A stretch of DNA of 63,759 nt, counting the filler, from Nemertoderma westbladi (taxonomy: Eukaryota; Animalia; Xenacoelomorpha), in NCBI GenBank assembly GCA_032718475.1. It is 3 parts of 3 records of this genome, joined end to end, with 100 filler letters (N's around TTAATTAATTAA, not from the genome) between each part and the next. Parts side by side here need not be neighbours in the genome. Positions count along the whole stretch, not along the records: positions 52,530 to 63,759 come from JAUCBJ010004404.1; 2 more parts are not named here. One strand, given 5' to 3'. The notes under the pieces are model-generated. The model saw only the letters and a list, made by a program, of their open reading frames with translations, did not search any database and was not told the DNA's origin. Every line of letters starts with the position of its first letter. The first letter of the stretch is position 1. Positions 58,501 through 63,759 of this stretch are shown here, in pieces. A program made the position numbers and the translations under genes.

Positions 58501-60937
58501 GTCCTATATGGAATACTGAAAAAAAGCGCGCCACACGCGTTCTGGTTAAACGAAAATCGCGCCACCCATGATATCAAATGCGCGCCAAGCCAACAATTGA
58601 TTATGAAATAATAATAATAAAAATAATAAAAGTAATTGCTTAATTGTAATAATTTATCAGTTTATAATGCTGTAGCCCTACAGTATTTTAACATTAAAAT
58701 GCGAGTGTAGCGCAGTAGCGAGCAAGGAAATTTTCCAATTATATCTGATTATGTTAACATAAATACAGTCTGACAGTAATAGTCAGATAGTGCTGTATAG
58801 TTGTAGTAGTAGTAGGTAAACGTCAACTGACTGTTTTTAAATGCAGATGTGATCAAGATGCGAGAGCAGCGAGCACGAAAATTTTAACATTTCAGCATTT
58901 AAAGTAGGCAAACCGCCTGTTTTCAAATGCAGATGTCATTAAATTGCGAGCTGGCGAGTGTATAGCGAGCACGGAAATTCTGCTGAATCATGCAGGCTGT
59001 TATGGTTTTATTGGTTTGAAGAATCTGACAATTGAAAATCTTTTGAAACAAGTCATGTTTTTAATGGTCATGCTCAATCGGTCTGTTTCCATTTGTCCAC
59101 AGCCAGACAGTGCTAAGAGTAGGTTTACAGTATAAATGCGAGCGAAGCGAGCGGACATTTTTCAATCTTTTTAAACCTATAGAATAATTTCAAATAGAGC
59201 TGTAGAGTAGAATGACATATAGCCAGCCAGAATGGTAATTAAAAGTATAGGGGCCTTTAAGTCTTTCCCCTCTGCCCCTACAGCTACTACTGTACTGTAC
59301 TTACAGGCGTCAGGGCGTAGATTGTAGATAAATAGCCATAACTGCAGCATGGTGAATGGTAATTAAAAGAACAAAACAGAAGTATTTCTGTATTTCCCCG
59401 CAGGCAAATTAAAAGTATAGCCTAAGACTTTCCTTTCTGCACCTACAGCGGTACCGGTACTGCTGTCAGGCTGTACAGGCATAGATAAATAGCCGGAATG
59501 GTAATTAAAAGTTAGTCTTTCAGTTCCCCGCACTGCGCACCGCACAGCCGCAGGCATATATAAATAGCCAGAATGGTACAGTAGGCCTACAGTAATTAAA
59601 TGTATAAGTGTTTCACCTGTTCACCACAGGCTGACAGGCATATCACATACTGACATATGCTGCCTGGTACGGCATACCTGCATACGGTAGGCTACATTTA
59701 TAAATTATAAAATTTATAATATCAGGCTTTAAAAAAAAACCGAACCGGTGTAAACAGATAATTTTCCTGGTTAAAATTCCCTAGTCTGCTAGCAGGCTAG
59801 TGCAGGACTATTCTCACTGCCGGGTGCCGCCAACGGGGTGAAATTTCCCTAGTCTGCTAGTGCCCGTAGTGCTAGGCATAGTGTATTTTAAGATTTTAAC
59901 CCCTCCAGTGAAAACTCACCCCTGCATTTATCAATTTTCACTCTGTACAAACTGACAAATCCATCCCATTCTGCGAGAAGGGGTAAATTCCGTGTTAAAA
60001 ATAGGCAAATGTGACAGATTAATGCAGTTGATTAATCAGTTAATGCAGCATACTGGCATAATGCAGTAATGGGTACGGTATCGGTAAGTGTTTGAACAGT
60101 TGAAAGGGAGATTAAAAATTGAATTTGAATTTGAATTTGAGTATAATGACATCGACAAATATAAAAGTAACGAAACATAACAAACATAACAAACAAGATT
60201 ACCCTTTATGTTGAGATCACTGCCGAGCAGCCGAGTGCAGATTTACTAAATGCAGAAATGCGCAATGCAGCAGTGGCCGGTCAGCCGGCAGCCGGTGAGC
60301 GGGAGCGCATGTACCTGTGTACGGGCTGACGGGTAGATATAGCAGTATAGAGATACCTGGTGCCTGGGCGCTGGCAGCTGGGCTGGATAGCCTGCTGAAC
60401 CGATGTTGACACATCCGTACCGGCTGACCGGTTACGACAGTACGATACTGTGCGCAGTTGCAAAGATCTGCCGTCGGACTGTCGGAACGCGGAACCACAG
60501 ATCCTGGATCCGGAATATCTGATATCTAATACATAATAAAATAGATTTCGACACTTTGATAGTAACTGAGTAATAAACCTCGTCGCGCCGTTCTTCAACT
60601 ACCTGCTGACCTGTACACTCCCGGTGTATTTTTTGTATCATCCCAGCATCCAGACACGACCTGCTGTCTGCTGACCTACGTCATCCAGTCATCCAACAGT
60701 CCAACCGCGTACCAGAACCTGAGTATACAATACTGCAATAGGCCTACCGGTAGCCTATTTGGCATTTGGTATTGGTATAGCCTACAGCTTCACTACTGCA
60801 CTACTATACCAGTCTGACGACACTGCTGCACTGACAGTAAGGCAGTACCGTAGGCCTACCATGTACTGCTGTACTGTACTAGGACTACTATTGTACCGGT
60901 ACTGATGATCTGATGATACTGATACTACTGTACTAAT

Positions 60938-61056
60938 GATCTAGCAAATGTCATGGGTGATAGGGCTGTAGGGAGTTGTGGCGGTGCAATTTTGTCGATA
61001 AGCCGGCACAGCATTCTTAAAAATGCAGCTGCAATGCAGCATGCTGATCCTACTAC
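60938..61056 (+). mobile_element. 3' fragment of RTE family B
   Basis: Reverse complement of 42750-42852. Confidence 0.8.
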
Positions 61057-61799
61057 TGTACAGCTGTACTAGTAGTACTGTTGTACTACAGTCAGTGTCA
61101 GACAGAGACAGTACTACTGCAGTACTGGTATAGGCCTACCCGACAGCCTGATACAAACTGATTAAACTCATGCAATATTCCAGACAGCAGTGCTGATTTA
61201 TATGATTTTCGTGCTTCCGTAGTTTCACTTTCGTATACCGGCAGTTTGGCGAGCCACGAAAGTAAGCGAGCTTAGGGTATGTATGTGGATGGCAGTATGG
61301 GTTGATTGATTGATTTTTTTTAACACTGAAGTAAGGAATAATTCAAAGTTTACAGCACCATAGAGTAAAAAGTAAAAATACACATACAATGTAAAAAAGA
61401 CACATACAATTTAAATATACTGTACGCTACAGTACAGCAGTAAGACAATTACGAAATACTGAAATATCAATTGGTTGTTCAATAGCTATGGTGAGACATA
61501 TTTACAATGACATGCTTTAAATAAAATATATACATACAGTAAGATAATTACATAATATATGATTCTAAAGTAGAAGAAAATACGAATATAGAAATGAAAC
61601 AATTATCGAAAACATGTCTAAGATTAATGGTGTAAAGATATAGAGATCTAATTACAATCTCTCCAGTTACTATTAAAGCGATCATACTGTAGGAAGCCTC
61701 ACACTTGGAAAGTCTCCGCATATCAAATCACTGGTTGTGAACATTTTTTGAATTGAAATCCAGAAATAATTTGTAATTCGATCTCTCATATAATAAATT

Positions 61800-62760
61800 C
61801 CAGTTTGGCCCTCGGTCAGGTTCCTAGGTCATTTGGTGCCACGATAATTTTGAATTTCTATAAGGGAAATAAATGCCAGCGACTTCATCATTAACACAAT
61901 CATACCGACCCATTGCTACCATGGGTTTAGCCTACTGGCTAAAGCATTTGAAGGTGTAATTCTGAAGTTATTTTTACAAGATGACTTGTCTAAATCCAGA
62001 AACTTGATTGACTACCAAGATGGGTACAGGAAGAATATCGGATATGGTCATTGGAGCAGTCCTAGAATGTATCGAATTCTATCGAAAGCGAGACTCACCA
62101 ATATACGTTTGCCAACTAGACATAAAATCCGCATTTGTTGATGTTGATCAGAGTGTTTTGTTCACAAATCTAAAGGACATATTAAATCCACATGTGGCGC
62201 TCGTCTTATTATATTATTACGCACAAACCTTGGTTTTTCTAAAATTTGATGGTAATATCATAGACAAAGGGATACCAGTACATAAAGGTGTAAAACAGGG
62301 CTCATTGGCGTCTCTGTGCCTGTTCAACTGAACCTAACTTATAGAATCCACAAAGACAAAATGGATATACACTTCGACAATTTTTGCACACTAATCAAAA
62401 TGTGAACTCCAACTTAATTCACGAGAGTAACAACGCAATCAAGTTCCTTGGAGTAGTAAAAACAAGAAGTGGAACTGATGCTCTGGAACGGTGTATCGGG
62501 ATGGTATCTATCATCTATGCCAATTTCATCAAACAATCCTGGACCGTTCGCTCATTAAATTTACGTACAACGTACTGTTATTACTCTGTGGAAATCTGTT
62601 GCAGTACCGTCAATATTATTTGGAATTATATTTATTGTTGGCTCATTAAACTCAAGCCAGATAGAAACTCTTGACATTCACTATAGGAAGCAACTTCGAA
62701 ATCTGCTTTGACCGAGCAACTATGTCAGTAATGATACTCTACATTACGTAACAGAGACAG
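61800..62760 (+). mobile_element. Highly decayed LINE reverse-transcriptase remnant (CR1/L2-like)
   Basis: SYRPIA..LAKAFEGVIL, YVCQLDIKSAF, KGVKQGSLASLCLFN, IKFLGV, with stops and frameshifts. Confidence 0.75.
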
Positions 62761-62795
62761 TTTTTATAAATGCACTGACTAGTTTAGTGATAGGA

Positions 62796-63122
62796 AAGTC
62801 GTCGACCTTCCTTAGTTGATTATTACCAATGGTTGTCAAGTTTCCATCAACATTAAAGGTCATGAATTCGGTCTTGGTAGCATTTATATGCAATCCAACC
62901 TCCTTAGCAGCCCTCTCCACTTTATTTAGTAGAAGCTGTGCATTTTCAAGGGTATTAGAGCGCAGGTCATCCGCAAAGTCGGTGTCTGTGCCTGTAGTTG
63001 CCGGATATCTACTACTTCTGCGTTCTTGAAGTGTGAATCCCAGATCTTCACCCTTTGTGGCTGTCCTCATTGCGTAATCCAGCACAATTACAAATAGTAA
63101 TGGTGCTAATGTATCACCTTGT
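62796..63122 (-). mobile_element. RTE family A RT-core fragment
   Basis: QGDTLAPLLF..DFADD..; near-identical to 14837-15168. Confidence 0.9.
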
Positions 63123-63268
63123 TGACATATTTTTCTATGTTAACACATAAACAACTATTTTGTGCATTGGCTCACAATTTTTCACCATTATGGATCCATG
63201 TTACCATAGCAACGGGTTGAAATTAATGATTTTCTTACATAGAAGGCCCTAGAATACATTTGTTTCAA

Positions 63269-63759
63269 CTAGAAAGCACACGGCCTTCGGCCACTGCTTT
63301 GCGGTCAGGCGCACTTTCACATCCAAGTGAGCTGCTTTCCCCACTTTGTAAAAATATATCAATGGCCCTGAAGGGCTCTTTATTTAGCAACATCATCAAC
63401 TTTAGCACCATATAAAATAATAATAGCTCTCCCTATAGAGACAGTCGTTTGTGGAATGGTAGTTTCTTTTGGCTCGGGCTAACTGTTTTAAACTGCACAA
63501 AAGCTAAGCCTATATTCTATAAGAAAATATATGACATTTTTGTCGCCGTGAAAGAGGTAGGACTATGACAAAAATAATTAATTTGTTAAAAATATGGTTG
63601 CGTTTCGGCGTCTAGGACCAGTACGCGCCTTAGGTTATACGCTTTTTGTAGTTAAAGGTTGTAAGACTCTAGTGTTTACCTTAAAGGTAGTTTCTCATGA
63701 CTCGGACTCACTGTGACCCCCGTGTAGAGACTGTCGTTGTTGGAATGGCAGTTTCTCTT
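63269..63759 (-). mobile_element. Probable Helitron 3' end on the minus strand, running off the window
   Basis: Minus strand reads GGCC-GAA-GGCC hairpin, GTGTGCTTT, CTAG|T. A ~35-bp direct repeat at 63436 and 63725 suggests an internal ~290-bp period. Confidence 0.5.

Noticed and set aside
58690-60720. ORFs and GCGAGC-rich motifs upstream of the TCF19-like gene
   Set aside because: No recognisable domains or element termini; may be decayed repeats or promoter/5'-UTR sequence, but cannot be supported.

Overview
AT-rich, repeat-dense eukaryotic DNA, almost certainly an invertebrate animal (spliced genes, RTE and CR1-group LINEs, tRNA-derived SINEs, a TCF19-like gene). Two artificial 100-bp spacers (N..TTAATTAATTAA..N, at 27487-27586 and 52430-52529) split it into three contigs, so linkage across them is uncertain. 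The largest feature is a BEL/Pao LTR retrotransposon (18136-31846) with ~1.2-kb LTRs, a ~2.2-kb leader and a very long gag-protease ORF interrupted by a piggyBac-type non-autonomous element. Its RT/RNase H/integrase region is lost at the gap. A non-env accessory ORF with three zinc knuckles precedes the 3' LTR. Most notable: the element has no tRNA primer-binding site. Instead, the 11 nt directly after the 5' LTR (ATAACAGATAT) are the exact reverse complement of 11 nt inside the LTR, the layout of Tf1-type self-priming, which I know only from Gypsy chromoviruses. A decayed homologue of the triple-knuckle domain lies at ~10.8-11.1 kb. Also present: a disrupted Ulp1/SENP-protease gene with a 24-bp repeat array, a PH-domain-like terminal exon, nested LINE/MITE insertions with readable target-site duplications, a multi-exon minus-strand host gene (32.4-49.6 kb), a single-coding-exon FHA+PHD TCF19-like gene, and many tandem repeats. 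All calls come from reading the sequence by eye; no searches were run.
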